64,000 bases of DNA. It comes from Gekko japonicus (taxonomy: Eukaryota). A program made the translations under genes and the position numbers. The stretch covers positions 124,001 through 188,000 of the forward strand of contig NW_015168689.1 of NCBI RefSeq assembly GCF_001447785.1, written 5' to 3'. Below, piece by piece: positions 24,466 through 37,802 of the stretch. Within the stretch, counting starts at the first letter, position 1. Every line of letters starts with the position of its first letter. The notes beneath the pieces were generated by a model that saw only the letters and a list, made by a program, of their open reading frames with translations, had not been told where the DNA came from and did not search any database.

Positions 24466-25871
24466 TTTTTAAAGAACACTGAAATGAGTGAGGAGAAGCT
24501 TCACAGATCTGAGACCCTCCCTTTACTTTCCTCAAAAGCCCAGGCTCACACACATTGTAGAAGGCAGAATTCTCTGTGCCTTCTGCAGAGCACTGGGTTT
24601 CTCTCCCTCCCTGAAGGAACAAAAATGTTGAATGAGCAAATAAGTGAATGTAACATTGTCACCAGACTGAATAAATGATAAGAGCCAATTTCCACAGCTA
24701 ACAAGTAGCACTTCTTCATTTCAGGTTTCTCAAAATCTTCAAAGAGATGTATTAGCTGCTCCTGTAACTTCTTTGTTCTCTTCTGAGAAAACAATTATGG
24801 CCCAATTTCTTCTTGTTTAGGTTGTGTGCCTTGATTAGAGCCATGCAATCTTGCTTTCACACAAGGGATATAATTTTGTGTGGGACAAGCATTCAGCCAT
24901 CCATCTCTGAATTACAACAAATTGCTCAATTTTGGCTTTGTAGTTATGGGCATTCAATATACCTGCTCTTTTCCCTTTTTTTGCCCTGACATATGCGTTA
25001 GTGCTCTTACTAATGAATGCCATTTTAATGCCTGGAGCCTGAAGAAAAAAAATGTTTTGATCTGGTATCCCTCACTTAGCTAAGGAGTACAGGCTGAGAA
25101 ACTAAAGGCCTAAAATGAGATGTAAACTCTCCTATTTGCTGTGTAATACCACTGGAATAAAATAAAAAAATCAGAAGATTCATATTTCTCTGTGGATGTT
25201 CAGTTCTCAAATAAAGACAATGTGACTCTTTGGTAAGGGAATGAAAACTCACAGTAGTTTAAACTGGAGGTGGGAAGAAGGATGCTGTAATTGTTTTGGG
25301 TCCCCACTGGGGAGGAAAGTCAAGTACAAACATCTAGATAAATAAACACATTCTGGTCTTGTAATGGCTATGTTATAATAATAATCATATGCAGTAATCA
25401 CATATGGTATACTTGGTCTCCTTAAGAGTAATGTGCAAGAGGAATTTGACAAACCCAACTTGTCATGCAAGACTCCACATAAGAAATATTGCACCAGGTG
25501 GAATTCCTAATTCTGCAGAATGGAAGATTGTTCTATTGCTAAGTCTAAAGTTCTTTTTAGTAAAAAAAACCCCAACAACCCAAGATAAAGAAGTATAAGT
25601 GTTCGGTGGCAGGTCAACCTATGTAGCAAGTACAGCATTTTAAATATTTAGGAATCACCTTTCAAGCAAATCTTTCCCGGAAATTATGCTTGAATTCTGC
25701 CTTTAGAGCCTCTATGAGTACTGGGAAGGCCATCTCAAGATTTTATTATTCTACGGGTGGCCAATATGTTTCTGTGGCAGTCAAAGTATTCAACGCTAAA
25801 GTTGCTGGGCAGATGCTATATGCCGCCAGGGTCTGGATCAGTGCAGTAACAGACAATATTGACAGGCCTCT

Positions 25872-26158
25872 TGTTATGTATTGGGATTGAATCATCCCTG
25901 ATTGAATCACCCCAGAGACTGGCTGAGCTTGGAGCACAAGAACAATAGCCTGCCAGGATTCTGAAAGTAACCCATCTAGTAGTAATGTTATGTAAATAGC
26001 CTATCACTGGGAGTGGGGTGTGTTTGGGTGTGGCAATTGCATGCTATTTAACAGAGCTGAGGCTCTGGAGTCTTGTCTTGCTGTTTCTGAAATAACAATT
26101 AAAGTTGAGCTGATCACTAGACTCGAATCTGCTCATCCATGGAACCCACTATTTAACA
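25872..26158 (+). mobile_element. Solo LTR, 287 bp, 5-bp TSD
   Basis: TGTTA...TAACA termini. TSD CCTCT at 25867-25871 and 26159-26163. Absent from LINE copy 1. Confidence 0.9.
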
Positions 26159-26565
26159 CCTCTATTAAGATTCCTACACAATATTCTAGGAGCACCTCAG
26201 TGTGTGTCTGGAATAGCCCTGAGAGCTGAAGTTGGGGAGATGTCTTATGAAGCAAAGGGCTGGGGAAGAGCATTCAATTTGAAAATTAGGACTCTAAAAT
26301 CAAACCCAGATCTAAACCTCCTTGGACTAGTCAAGCTGGACCACCACACAAGTGATTGGGACAGATTACTGGACCGTAGACTATTATGGCTGGGTATCAC
26401 CCATGACATGATAGAAGTCACGAGTAGACAAGAACTGTCACAGCTCATTAGAAGACGTTTGAGAGACTTTGACTTCGAGAGTACATCGATCAGAGCTGGC
26501 AGAGTGTGCTCAACCTTTTCAGTAGGCATTCAGCCTTCAACAACCATGTCAAACTACTTATCTAA

Positions 26566-27001
26566 GGCTCCGGTCACACAAGAGTTTTTGGGCCGGGAGA
26601 GGGACGGATCGGGGCCACAGCAAACGGGCGCGATCCCACCGCAACATCTGGGAAGCGTTGCATGCCCGTTCCCGATCCGGCCCTTCCGCCCAAAACCCCA
26701 CAGCAAAAATGAACCACCTACTATGGTGGTTCGTCCGGGAAGGCCGCATCAAAGCCGGCCGTGGGATCGTCGGCGCGTCCTTCCGCCGGCGCATCCCCGG
26801 CACCTAGCCAAACTGCACATGCTCACACATGCGCAGTTCGGCAGGCTCCCCGTCAGGGCCGTGTTTTCTCCCCGGGATCCCGCCGCGCCGTTTCAACTTT
26901 GGTGCGGCTTTTAAAAGCCACGCTTTTTGGCGGCTTTTCCCCTGCCGTGTGGCACGTGCGCGCACTTTGGCCGGTGTTTTTCCTGCTGTGTGGCAGAGAC
27001 C
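26566..27001. mobile_element. CpG-rich PIF/Harbinger-type MITE
   Basis: Imperfect TIRs GGCTCCGGTCACACA/TGTGTGGCAGAGACC. 3-bp flanks TAA and TGA where LINE copy 1 has a single TGA. Confidence 0.8.
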
Positions 27002-27286
27002 TGAGATAATAATTCCAAATATAGAAGGGCATTCATGCTAGCATGCCTGAATGCCCTACCTTCAGCTGTGATGTCAGGAAGATTTAATGAGATTTCATAT
27101 TCAGATTGACTCTGTGGTTCATATTTTGCTTGATTGTCCCAAATGTTCAGCTCTAAGAAATGCGCTGATCTCTCCTTTATTTAATCAGGACTTCCTCTCT
27201 CCAGAAGCAAAATCATCCTGGTTATCATCTCCCCAGAAGCAAAATGATCCTGGACACAAACTACTCTGCCTGTGGCAAAATTTCTA

Positions 27287-28016
27287 AAGACAACAATGGA
27301 CAACGGAGTCAAAGAGCTGCTGTGATCAATGAAAAAACTCCAAAAATGGGCTGCCTGCCAAAGACTCCCAAACGTTATGAAAGTTATACCAATAACAATT
27401 ACCCACTGAAACTTCTATTGAAAATAATAGGAGAACTTTCCATCTTTGAATGTTATCAGGCTGTGCCAAATTGACTGTAGAGTATATGTTCCTTGTTCAT
27501 GGATATATAAGCTTCATATCCTGGACGTGAGACCAGAAGGTTATCACCCAGGCCACTTCTGTGGGAGGTTTGAAAAGATTTGCTCATGGTTTCATTCAAT
27601 ACAGAATTATTGTTCTGTAATAGCAACTGAGGAAGAACGTTTAAGGAAACAAGGGAAGTAAACTGGGACCTTGTATCACTGTTACTTGCTTCTTTACTCT
27701 TCATTGTTGATGTTATTTATCCTCATTGTGATTGTTATGTCTTCATGTAATTACTCTGTATGTGTTTATAGGATGTTCTAGCTATTTCTTTATTTGATTG
27801 TTTAACTACATCCTTTTGGATTAGTTGGCAACTGGTATCTTGTAACTTGTGAATTTATTAGTATTGATGTTATTATTGACTAAAGTATTGTACAGCCTGA
27901 TAACATTCAAAGATGGAAAATTCTCCTATTATTTTCAATAGAAGTTTCAGTTGGTAATTTTTATTGGTATAACTTTCATAACGTTTGAGAGTCTTTGGCA
28001 GGCAGCCCATTTTTGT
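27287..28016 (+). mobile_element. Truncated Penelope-like element with inverted duplication and 16-bp TSD
   Basis: TSD TGTGGCAAAATTTCTA at 27271-27286 and 28017-28032. RLCQ...WIYKL..L...P.G resembles the end of the GIY-YIG domain. Hammerhead core at 27617-27685. Inverted arms at 27341-27466 and 27890-28015. Confidence 0.75.
27617..27685 (+). ncRNA. Type I hammerhead ribozyme motif (degenerate)
   Basis: Stem I gtaatag/ctgttac, CUGAGGA at 27627-27633, GAAA at 27646-27649, stem III ACAAGG/CCTTGT, GUA cleavage triplet at 27673-27675. Stem II pairs poorly. Confidence 0.65.
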
Positions 28017-29675
28017 TGTGGCAAAATTTCTAGCAACTGTTGTCAAATCACATGAAAAGAAAAACTAAAATGCAGCTACACACATAGTGCTAATTTAATT
28101 ATACAAACGTGCTAAAATATCATTTAAAAATTGCAATGCTATGGTTCTGCATATGAGTACCTAATCCTAATATAAAGACAAACGTCCAATCATATAAATA
28201 CAGGTTAAAAGGTATAAATTATATCCATGTACAAGAAGCAATACCAAACGTGTTTTGGCTAAAACCCTGGAGAGAGGGGGGGAAACCCTGATTTTTGGTT
28301 GATTCTTTTCTATTTGTACCTCAGCACTCCATTGGAGTTTTGAGCATTGCAGATAGGCCCTAAGTAGGTCCACTCTGTGTATTAAGAGTTTTATGTATAT
28401 TTTTTTGTTAAATTTCTGGAGTTTGAATTTTACCAGTGAGGAAGACTTTGATGAATTGGTGCCCTTTGTTGCAGGAAGCAGCAGAATCTTTCAGTTAAAC
28501 CCAAGAACAATGTCAGACAGAGTGATTACTCATAGAGTGTTTCCACAAAACATTTCTTATTCTCAAAAACTCAAGAAATCAAATTTACCACTCTACATCA
28601 GTTTAGCAGTTTTTGCAGTTGAGGCCTAACAACTAGCTGGTGCAACTACATTGAAGTCAGTGAAGACATGCCAACAGTGTGTTTGCCTTTTGAAATGTCA
28701 GGAAATGCCAGTCATGGTTGAAAGCAGAGCAACACAACCAGAGTTTTGCATACTTTCTCACTCTCATACAGCTCAAGGGAATTTACCGAGGAGAAATTTG
28801 GAAAGATTCAGAAATAACTACTGCAGCTCTCAAAGTATCTAAAGAATGTTTTATCTTTATAACCGGTACAAAGTGTTTACTGTTAAGAGAGCACACATTG
28901 GATTTCAGGTAAATGTTTCTTTCATGATATGATCCTGTACATAGTCATCCAGAAGAAATTTCTATTGACACTACTGCAAACTAGAAATAAACCTTACATA
29001 CACATTTATGTATTTCCAGCACAACACAGAAGTGGAAAGTAATACCTTAATAAATATAAAATATAACACTAAATAAACAGTAAATTTAGTAGTACCCCAA
29101 AGACCTGATGTAATAAATAAGGTTTTGGCTAACCTCCAAAACTTTGTGGAAAAAACCTGGTGGGACTGTTTGGGGAAGGCACTCACTGACTAGGCGAAAA
29201 CTGATTTGCTTCAGTATGCCATAGATTTTCTAAGGATGAAACCCAGAATAGATGATTGCTGTAATGGAGGATCTTTGTCTGGAAGAACATGGTGGCTTTC
29301 TAAGGTGGATGGTTCATGCTGACAATATACCAGCATTCTGGGCATGTGTATGCTCAAGTGTCATTATAGGTGGATCATGCATCATTTAATTTCAGCTGCA
29401 TTTGACAGAGTGTTTTGCTTTTGCAGCACTGTGGTCAACAGGATTAATCCATTAGCAGTATTCATTGTGTTGGTGCATGATCAGAATTTACCAGATTGAT
29501 TACAGTTCCCAGGTGGCAATGTTTGTGATCTAATTTAAAATACCCCAGTAGCATGAACACAGTGGGGTTGGGAGTCAGGTAGACAAACAGGGCAAGGCTG
29601 GAATAACACTGTTAAGACACAGAGCTTCTGCCCCCCACCCACCCACCCACCCATATGGGCCAGAAGACCCCAGGC

Positions 29676-29863
29676 TAGGGCTGCCAAGCTGCAGCGGGGG
29701 ATCCGCACGTCTTCACAGGATCCCTGACGCGGGGGACAGTGATACACATTGCATCACCGTCACCAGGATGTGACGCTACGTGTCACTCTGGCAACCCGTT
29801 GTCCCCTGCGGCAGGGATCCTGTGAAGACGTGTGAATCCCCCCGCCGCGGCTTGGCAGCCCTA
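29676..29863. mobile_element. hAT fold-back MITE
   Basis: ~65-bp inverted arms from TAGGGCTGCCAAG. 8-bp TSD CCCCAGGC/CTCCAGGC. Confidence 0.85.
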
Positions 29864-31204
29864 CTCCAGGCAGCCAAGGAAAGCACGTTTTTAAAAGTTA
29901 AGATCTGTCCATTCTGTAGGTTTGCTAGATGACCAATGGCAGAAAGGAACAGGGACAGCCAAGGGAAGGCAGTGACAGAAGATAAGTCCACAAAACATTT
30001 GCACTACAATTGAGAACCATTTCCAGCATTCAAAAAAGAGAACGTTGAGGTTCAGCCTTGAAAAAATGGAAGTTCTAGTTTTTATGTGTGGACCAGAGAT
30101 TTGCAAAAGAGAAGCCATTTTGTATTATTTTTAAAATATCTTAACTCTTTGATGCATGACAACTGCTGCTTATACAGCTTTTAGCACTGTGGAACCCCTG
30201 ATGTAATGTCTCTTTAAGCAAAACATCAATAGTCTCTGAGGGAAGTACTAAGTACTTGAACGGCAATGCAAACAGAACCAGCTGAAATCTGAAGAGGCAG
30301 ATGGCTCTTCCATGGAAATTCGTTGCTCAGGGCCTGGAAAATAGAACTGAACATGGCAGATTTCACATCTTTAGTACTTTTAAAATGAATGGCTCCTTTT
30401 CAGAAATGTTTTCCCTCACTGTTATAAAGCTCATGTCCTTGGCATAAAATAGGGTCTTTTTTTCCTTTTAATACATTTTTCTATGTAAGGTTGACCATAA
30501 CCATTTGAACTGATTCAATCCTATCATTTAATATGCATGTAATTGAATTACATTCCTTTCCTCCTCCCCTTTACAGCTTTTCATAATGAAGTGTTTATAT
30601 TTTCAGCAGAATATTTAGGCTACTCATTCTTTCCCCATCCCATTTCCAGAGATACATCTTAAATGTACTCTAAAATAAAATCTGTGGACTGAAAGCAAGT
30701 GATCTATAGCAGGCTTTTAAAGGACTCCACTGTTGCTGCTACTATTAATTCTCTTTATCACTTACACTAAGCTCAATGTATGGCACAGACTGTGGAACAC
30801 AGAACTCACACGAGAGAGGGCTCAGGCTTGGTTCAGATGCTTGGAGGATGGAGGAGTAGGTACATCCTCTCGATCACGCACTTAATTTATCCTGTTTTGG
30901 GAGATTCCAAATGGAGGCTTGTACATATCAAAATCTAATTGATGTGATTTTTCTCCTCCAAAAAGGGGCCAGGAAACAATCTGAATCATGTGCACACACA
31001 AACTATCCACATTATATGTTAGGTGTCTCCTGTAAGGGAGGGGATGTACCTACGGCACTCCAGAAATTTTACTGCTGCCCAGTAAATATTGACTCTGGCC
31101 TTAGAATCTCTGTGCTGTACTCACATAGACATAAATAAACCACACTAAGTACTTTTTGATGGTTAACTGGTGGTGGCGGGGAGAACAGGGACATCTTGTT
31201 TTGT

Positions 31205-31818
31205 GTGCAGGAATCCATAGACATTGCAGAGCTGGAAAACATACAGAAGAGGGCAACCAAGATGATCAGGGGGTTGGAGCACCTTCCCCATGAGGAAAGG
31301 CTGAAGAGTCTGGGACTTTTCAGTTTAGAAAAGAGACTGGGGGGGCATGATAGAGATTTATAATATTATGCATGGGGTGGAGTGGAGAAAGCTGACACAA
31401 AGAACTTTTTCTCCCTCTTCTGAAATACTAGAACTTGAAGGCATCCAATGAAGTTGATGGGCAGTAGGTTCAGGAAAGACAAAAAGGAAATACTACTTTA
31501 CACAGAGAGTGATCAGAAGGTGGAATTCACTGCCAGAGGGTGTAGTGATGGCCACAGGAATAAAGAGCTTTAAAAGGGGATTAGATAGATTAATGGAGGA
31601 TAAGTGGCTACTAGCCATGATGACTGAGGGGAATCTCCACATTTAGAGGCACTAAGTCTCTGAATCCCAGAGCCAGGTAGTAACATCAGGGGAAGGCCTC
31701 AGCCTCTGGGCTCTATTGTTGGCATTCCAGAGGAACTGGTTGGCCACTGTGTAAGACAGGATGCTGGACTAGATTGACCATTGTTCTGATCCAGCAGGGC
31801 TCTTCTTATGTTCTTATA
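31205..31818 (+). mobile_element. CR1 LINE 3' end
   Basis: Same C-terminal coding pattern as 19021-19661, with a tcttatgttcttat tail. Confidence 0.9.
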
Positions 31819-32629
31819 GTGTTATGTTACCTATCCATTTGTTTTTGATCTTGCAGGGAATCACACATATCAAGCCTATGTCTTTACCGACAATAGCTTC
31901 ATTGTGATGAATACACATTAATTAAATATCTAGTTATGAACATAGTCCCAGAATGTGGATCAAAAAATCTACACAATGAGGCTATACAAAGAAAAGGAAT
32001 GTTTCTGCTGAGCAGAGAAAGTAGAAGCCAGACCAAGAGGACCACAGGAATGGCTGGAGGGTTAGGGGGAAGGAGGATGAGATGGCAGGAGCAGGGGTGG
32101 GGAAGAGAGGTGAAATGGTAGCTAGCGGGCTTTTTTGTAGCAGGAACTCCTTTGCATATTAGGCGACACACCCCAAATGTAGCCAATCCTCCAACAGTTT
32201 ACAGAGCTCTACTTACCGGGCCTGCTGTAAGGAGTTCCTGCTACAAAAAGAGCCCTGGCCCCCCAAATCAGCTAGGCATCAAGAGGGGATACAGGAAGGT
32301 TGAAGCAGAACTGGGGGGCATTGGGGAGTGGGGTGGGGGAGAAGGAGCCAGTTGCAGTTCATCTCCTATCATGCTGGGGAACTGAAGAGCATGTGGTTTC
32401 CTCACTGTTGTATTATGGGAAGTTGTGGATTTGGCAATGTTCCCTTACTGAGCTGTATAGTTATCTTCCCCTGGTCCCTTAGGGCCAAGTAAAGCATGTG
32501 CTGCAGTTTTAGTTTTATTTTCCTATGCTGGTTGTTGGTTGTTAGTTTGTGTTCCAGCAGAGGCCAGGAAGGCCCCTGCTTTGTTCTAATAAACCTGCAA
32601 TTGTTCTGGCATGGTGTCCTTGTGGAGGA

Positions 32630-33258
32630 GGAAGAGGAGATTGGATTTATACCCCGCCCTTCACTACCCAAAGGTGTCTCAGAGCAGCTTACAAACACCT
32701 TTCCCTTCCCCTCCCCCACAACAGACACCCTGTGAGGTAGGTGGGGCTGAGAGCCAGTTTGGTGTAGTGGTTAAGTGCGCGGACTCTAATCTGGGAGAAC
32801 CGGGTTTGATTNNNNNNNNNNNNNNNNNNNNNNNNNNNNNNNNNNNNNNNNNNNNNNNNNNNNNNNNNNNNNNNNNNNNNNNNNNNNNNNNNNNNNNNNN
32901 NNNNNNNNNNNNNNNNNNNNNNNNNNNNNNNNNNNNNNNNNNNNNNNNNNNNNNNNNNNNNNNNNNNNNNNNNNNNNNNNNNNNNNNNNNNNNNNNNNNN
33001 NNNNNNNNNNNNNNNNNNNNNNNNNNNNNNNNNNNNNNNNNNNNNNNNNNNNNNNNNNNNNNNNNNNNNNNNNNNNNNNNNNNNNNNNNNNNNNNNNNNN
33101 NNNNNNNNNNNNNNNNNNNNNAAACTGCTCTTTTTCAAGAACAGCTGTGCCAGAACTATGGCTTGCCCAAGGTCATCCAGCCAGGTGCAAGTGGAGGAAT
33201 GGGGAATCAAACCTGGTTCTGCCAGATTAGAGTCCGCGCACTTAACCAACCTGGCTCT
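32630..33258. mobile_element. Young tRNA-SINE copies in opposite orientations flanking an assembly gap
   Basis: agagccagtttggtgtagtggttaag head at 32750-32811, with reverse-strand pieces on both sides. A further copy lies at 62150-62370. Confidence 0.8.
32812..33121. other. Assembly gap (310 N)
   Basis: Run of N. Confidence 1.
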
Positions 33259-36200
33259 CTTGTGAAATTATTACACCCACTTCTGTCTTTCCTTGTAGGA
33301 AGACAAAGGAGCATGCTGGGCCGGACTTTTTTTTTCTGAGGACCTAACACAACAGAACTTTAGTCTCTCTAGTTTGGGGGTCCCCAACCTTTTTGAGTCC
33401 ATGGGAAGATCCTTGTGCTGCGGTGGTAGCTGCTGTCAAAGCGACATTTTGAAAAGTCTGTGCAGCCAACCAAATCTCCAATAGTCTGTGCTGGGCAAAA
33501 GCCCTACCTGGCCCTGCCCAGTTTCTAAAAATATTTGGCGGGCACCAGAGAAAGTGTCTGAGGGTACCATGGGCACCACATTGGGGGATCCCTGCTCTAG
33601 TTCATATATCTTCTATCAGAAGCTGAAGGCCCCCATCCTGTTCTCTTGCATCCTTTCTTCTGTTAGGGAAGACAGCGGGTGGAGCAGGGAGCTGGGCTGT
33701 GTTCCCTCTGTCCTTTAGAATCTTCTTGTCTCTAGTGCATGCTCTGCGGTCAGCATGCACCTTCCCTCAAATGACCTAGCCTAAGGTGTTTTGCACAAGA
33801 TGGCGATGGCCCACCACCTGTTAAGCGTAACCTTTGAGATGAGTTGCATCTTTTGCTGGAATGAAAATGTGAAGTAGAGGAAGTTCTGCTGGTGAATAGC
33901 CACCTGTCAGACAGCCGTAAAGGGCGCAAAGCCTCCACCGGGGGGGGGGGAGTTTATGCCTGTTTGCTGCAATTATCTGCCCCATCTAGTCATATTACAT
34001 CCTGTTGACATCAGCAGGATTTGTATGCATAAAATTGAGTTTAGGATTGCCGTAGTAAATTGCAAAGTGTTTGCAGTGAAGGCCATGTAAAATACATCTA
34101 CTCAAAAATTTCATCCAGGCAAGATTCTCTCTTTGCAGAATGCCCCATGTAAATCAAAAGTGGGCCAGTGGGCTGCTGAACTTGTGATTTTCATGTGGTT
34201 TGTGTGGTTAATGTGAAGAGTAAGGGACATTATATTCCTAATCCACATATGGTGTTCTGGTTACTCCTGAGAGGATTTAACTGCCCTGACTGGACTCTTT
34301 TAAAGAGGCTTGATTGGCATAAACATTAGGCCCAGTTGTCTTCTATTTATTAAATAAGAAGAAATAAATAAAATGTGAATTTCAAAATCTGGTTTATATT
34401 ATACCCTTGCATGCATATTCTTCTTTTTTTTGGGGGGGGGGGTGGCTAGCTGTATTTGTTCCACTAATTATCACTGAAGTGTGATGTACAATGCGGCTTA
34501 CAGTCCTATCATGTAGCTAGAGAGCCCACTGCAGATGTTATGGTTTACGGAGTGGGAGGGGAATTTCAGGTCTCTCTCTGAACTTTTGAAATTTAATATA
34601 TACTGGATCTATCTAAACAAGGACCATCAGTAATTGTTCTGCTAAGGGGGTAACCAAATGCAGAAGACGGTAGGGCTCTGGCTCCTTTGTGCATCTTTCC
34701 TTGAAGTACAGCAGGCTGTTCAGAAATTACAATTTCCTCTTCTGTGTGATCACTGTACAATGCCTAGCATTCATAGCCAGTGTTTTAAAAAGCAACCAAT
34801 TGTAAATTAGAATTGGCATCCTCCAAACCAACATCATTTGTAAACGTTTCATAGAAAACAGGCTGCCACCAAAATGGCAGACTTTTGTTGAATTATCTTT
34901 TGTTGTTTAACATCTAGTAAAGTGATCTTTAAACCATGGATTGGGACCATGGACGGGTGGCAGAGCCCTGCTTCAACTTGTTCCTCACTACAGTTTATCT
35001 TCTGATGCTTGGCTTGCATTTCCTGTTCCTAACTATCTTGAGAGGCTTCCGTCTTAAAATTGCCCCCTCAACTGCAATGGTTCCTTTGGAGAATCCCATA
35101 CAGCACTGTATATGTAGTTCCTAGGGTTGCCAGACCCCCGGTCGGGGTTCCCCCAATTTTGGGGGCTCCAATGCACCACTGGCCAGCTGGCTGGTGTGGG
35201 GAGCCCCACCCCCAAACAGCCCCCTCCCGCATCAACATCATCAGCACAATGACATCACACAAAAGGGACCATCATGTCAGGCATGTCACATGGCAAAACT
35301 CTAGCATTTTGGCCAAAACTCTATTGTAACCATATAGTTTTGACCAAAATGCTAGTGCATCACCACATGACATGTCCAGCATGATGATGTCACTTCCACA
35401 TGATGCCCTCATGCTGAAGACGTCACACACAGCAATGCCGTCCCCCCACTCCCCACTCCCAGAAAAATGATTTAAACTCCCAGAAGGCTCCCTCCCACCC
35501 CCTAAGGGGCTTGTGCCAGGATTCTTGAAGGACTTCTTCCTCCCATATTGTCGATCCTGCCAATTAAGATCTGTCTCACAAGCCTGCTCCCTGTGTCCCT
35601 GCCCAAGCCTGCTCCCTGTGTCCCTGCCCAAGGGTGTAGACTTTCTGGGCCAGAGGCATTGCTTTGCTAGGAGCAAGGGTGGCTCCCGGGGGAGGCTGAG
35701 CACCTTCCTGAAAATTTCGGCGGGGGCTGAAGCCCCGCCGCCCCCAAGTGAGGTGGATGGCAACCACCAAGAGGGCCTTTTCAGCTGTGGCACCTCATGT
35801 GTGGAATGCTCTTCCCCTTGAGGCTTGCCTGGTGCCTATACTGCTTTCTTTGAGGTGCCAGTCCAAACATTTCTGTTCACCCAGACTTTCAATTAAGGGG
35901 TTGATCTCATAATACTATTTTAGTTAGGAAAAATGATTTTAAGCTTTTTGTGGTCTGTTTTATGATCGATGGTTTTATGCTAGGCTGGGTTTTTATGCTG
36001 GATTATTATTCATAGTATGTAAATTGCCTCGAGCAAGTTCCTGGAAAGGCAACGTAATCCCCTCTGTCTGCCACTCACCCTAGCACTGCCGGTGGACTTT
36101 CCCCCAGATTTATTTTGTTTTTCGCTGCTGTAGATAGATCACTAGTGTCTTCACACTATAGTGATATTCATACTACCAATTAAGGTAAAGGTAAAGGTTC

Positions 36201-37301
36201 CCGCAAACAGCCCATGTGAGAGAAGGGAGGGGGGAATGACCGGGGCAAGGGGATTGCATGGGGGAAGCCCCATGCAGAAGCTCTACTGCTACTGGGAGTG
36301 CCTCTGCAGCAGCAAGGAGAACAAAATGGGGAATCACCCCATGTGGAAGCTTCCAGCAGTCTGCTGCCCACTGCCTTGACACTGCTGAGATCATAACTCT
36401 GGCTCTCCTGTCCTGTCACATGACCAATGCCACATACTTGCAGGTTAGTGGGTCCTATGATGTCACAGCGGCTAAAGGTGCTTCTCAGGTTTGTTGAGAT
36501 TAAAGACCAGTATCAAGAGCTGCTAATTCTAGGTTGGGAAATTCCCGGAGATTTGGTGGAAGAGCCTGGGGACTGGAGGGCTGCATGGGGAGGTGAGGGA
36601 GCTAAGCAGGTCTGTGAGGCCATTGGGTCTCCTCTCCAAAGCTATCATTTTCTCCAGGGAACAGATCTCTGTAGTGTGGACAGTTGTAATTCTGGGAGAA
36701 CTTCAGGTCCCACCTAGAGGTTGGCAGTATTCCAGCAGCCCATCTTCCAGCCTTATCACACTAAGCATTTCCTTGCTCTTCACTACAGAATTGGCTGCCA
36801 TTGTGGGAGCAGAGGAGCACAACTACACAATGTTACCAAGATACAGGATGAATTGCAGGAGAGGCGGTGGGAAACTTGATACAGATCTGCCCTTTTCAGA
36901 TGTCCTTCCCTGAGATTTTCAACAAAGGCAAACCTAATCAGATGTTGTTTCCCTAAAGGATTTTGCAGTTGGACTTCTACACTGTAAGTGGAAGAAAAAC
37001 GTGGTGTAAATAATTGCAAGAAACGTAACCTAGGGTCATGCTTAGTGCCAACTGCACAGGTGCAAAAGCAGGGTGTGCAGTCTGACTCAGATGCTTTAAA
37101 AAGAGACATCCCACAATGCCCTAGGTCAGAGTGATCAGGCACGTCTAATTAGACATGACCCAGCCAATATACCAAATCCTGCCACTGCATAGATAAAGAA
37201 CTGCTTGCAATGTTTCTTGCAAACAAGTCTGTAAGTGATCCCAAAAGAGGCTTGTCGTGACAAAAAAGGACATGTTGAAAAAAGTAACTCTGAATATTGG
37301 T

Positions 37302-37802
37302 TAGGGGTGTGCATTCAGGTATACCTGCACTGAAAACATACCTGAAAAACACCCTATTGATATTTCGGGGGTATATTTTGGCATCCCCAATGTATCTAGG
37401 ATTTTTTGGGAGAACTGGGAAAAAATCCCGGATATATTCAGGAAGTTTTAAACTAGTCTGCTCCTCAGAATCCCAGCTCAGCTTGTGGAGAGAGTTCTCC
37501 CCATAGGATCAGCTCCTTTGCAAGCTCTTTTGGGCAGTCCAGTTTAAAGGGATTGCCCCAAAAAAACCCAGCTGAACCGGCCCCCTGCTATTTTTTGCGG
37601 CTTTGCCACTGCTTTTTTTCCCTCTGTATTTTTTGGTTTGGGTCTATTGGATCCCCACAAACTCCAGGATTTCTGAGAAATCCTGGGTCCAAAGACTTTA
37701 CTGGTATTGTGATCTGGGATTTTTTGGGGGGATCCCAATTTTTGTTCAGGTCAAATAGTCCCAAACCAAAAATATTGAGAGAGAGAAAATGGCACATCCT
37801 TA
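37302..37802. mobile_element. hAT-type MITE
   Basis: Termini TAGGGGTGTGC...GCACATCCTTA. Confidence 0.6.

Larger units (their letters stand above)
25550..28065 (+). mobile_element. RTE-X-like LINE copy 2 (3' part) containing three nested insertions
   Basis: Close inverted match to 7810-8790 (shared RAFNLKIRTLKSNPDLN...DFDFESTSIRA). Confidence 0.9.

Noticed and set aside
28393-28912. Possible host exons
   Set aside because: Short ORFs with no recognisable homology or consistent splice and frame pattern. A small exon cannot be excluded without RNA-seq.
32611-33339. 242-aa and 186-aa ORFs
   Set aside because: Artefacts of translating through the N gap.
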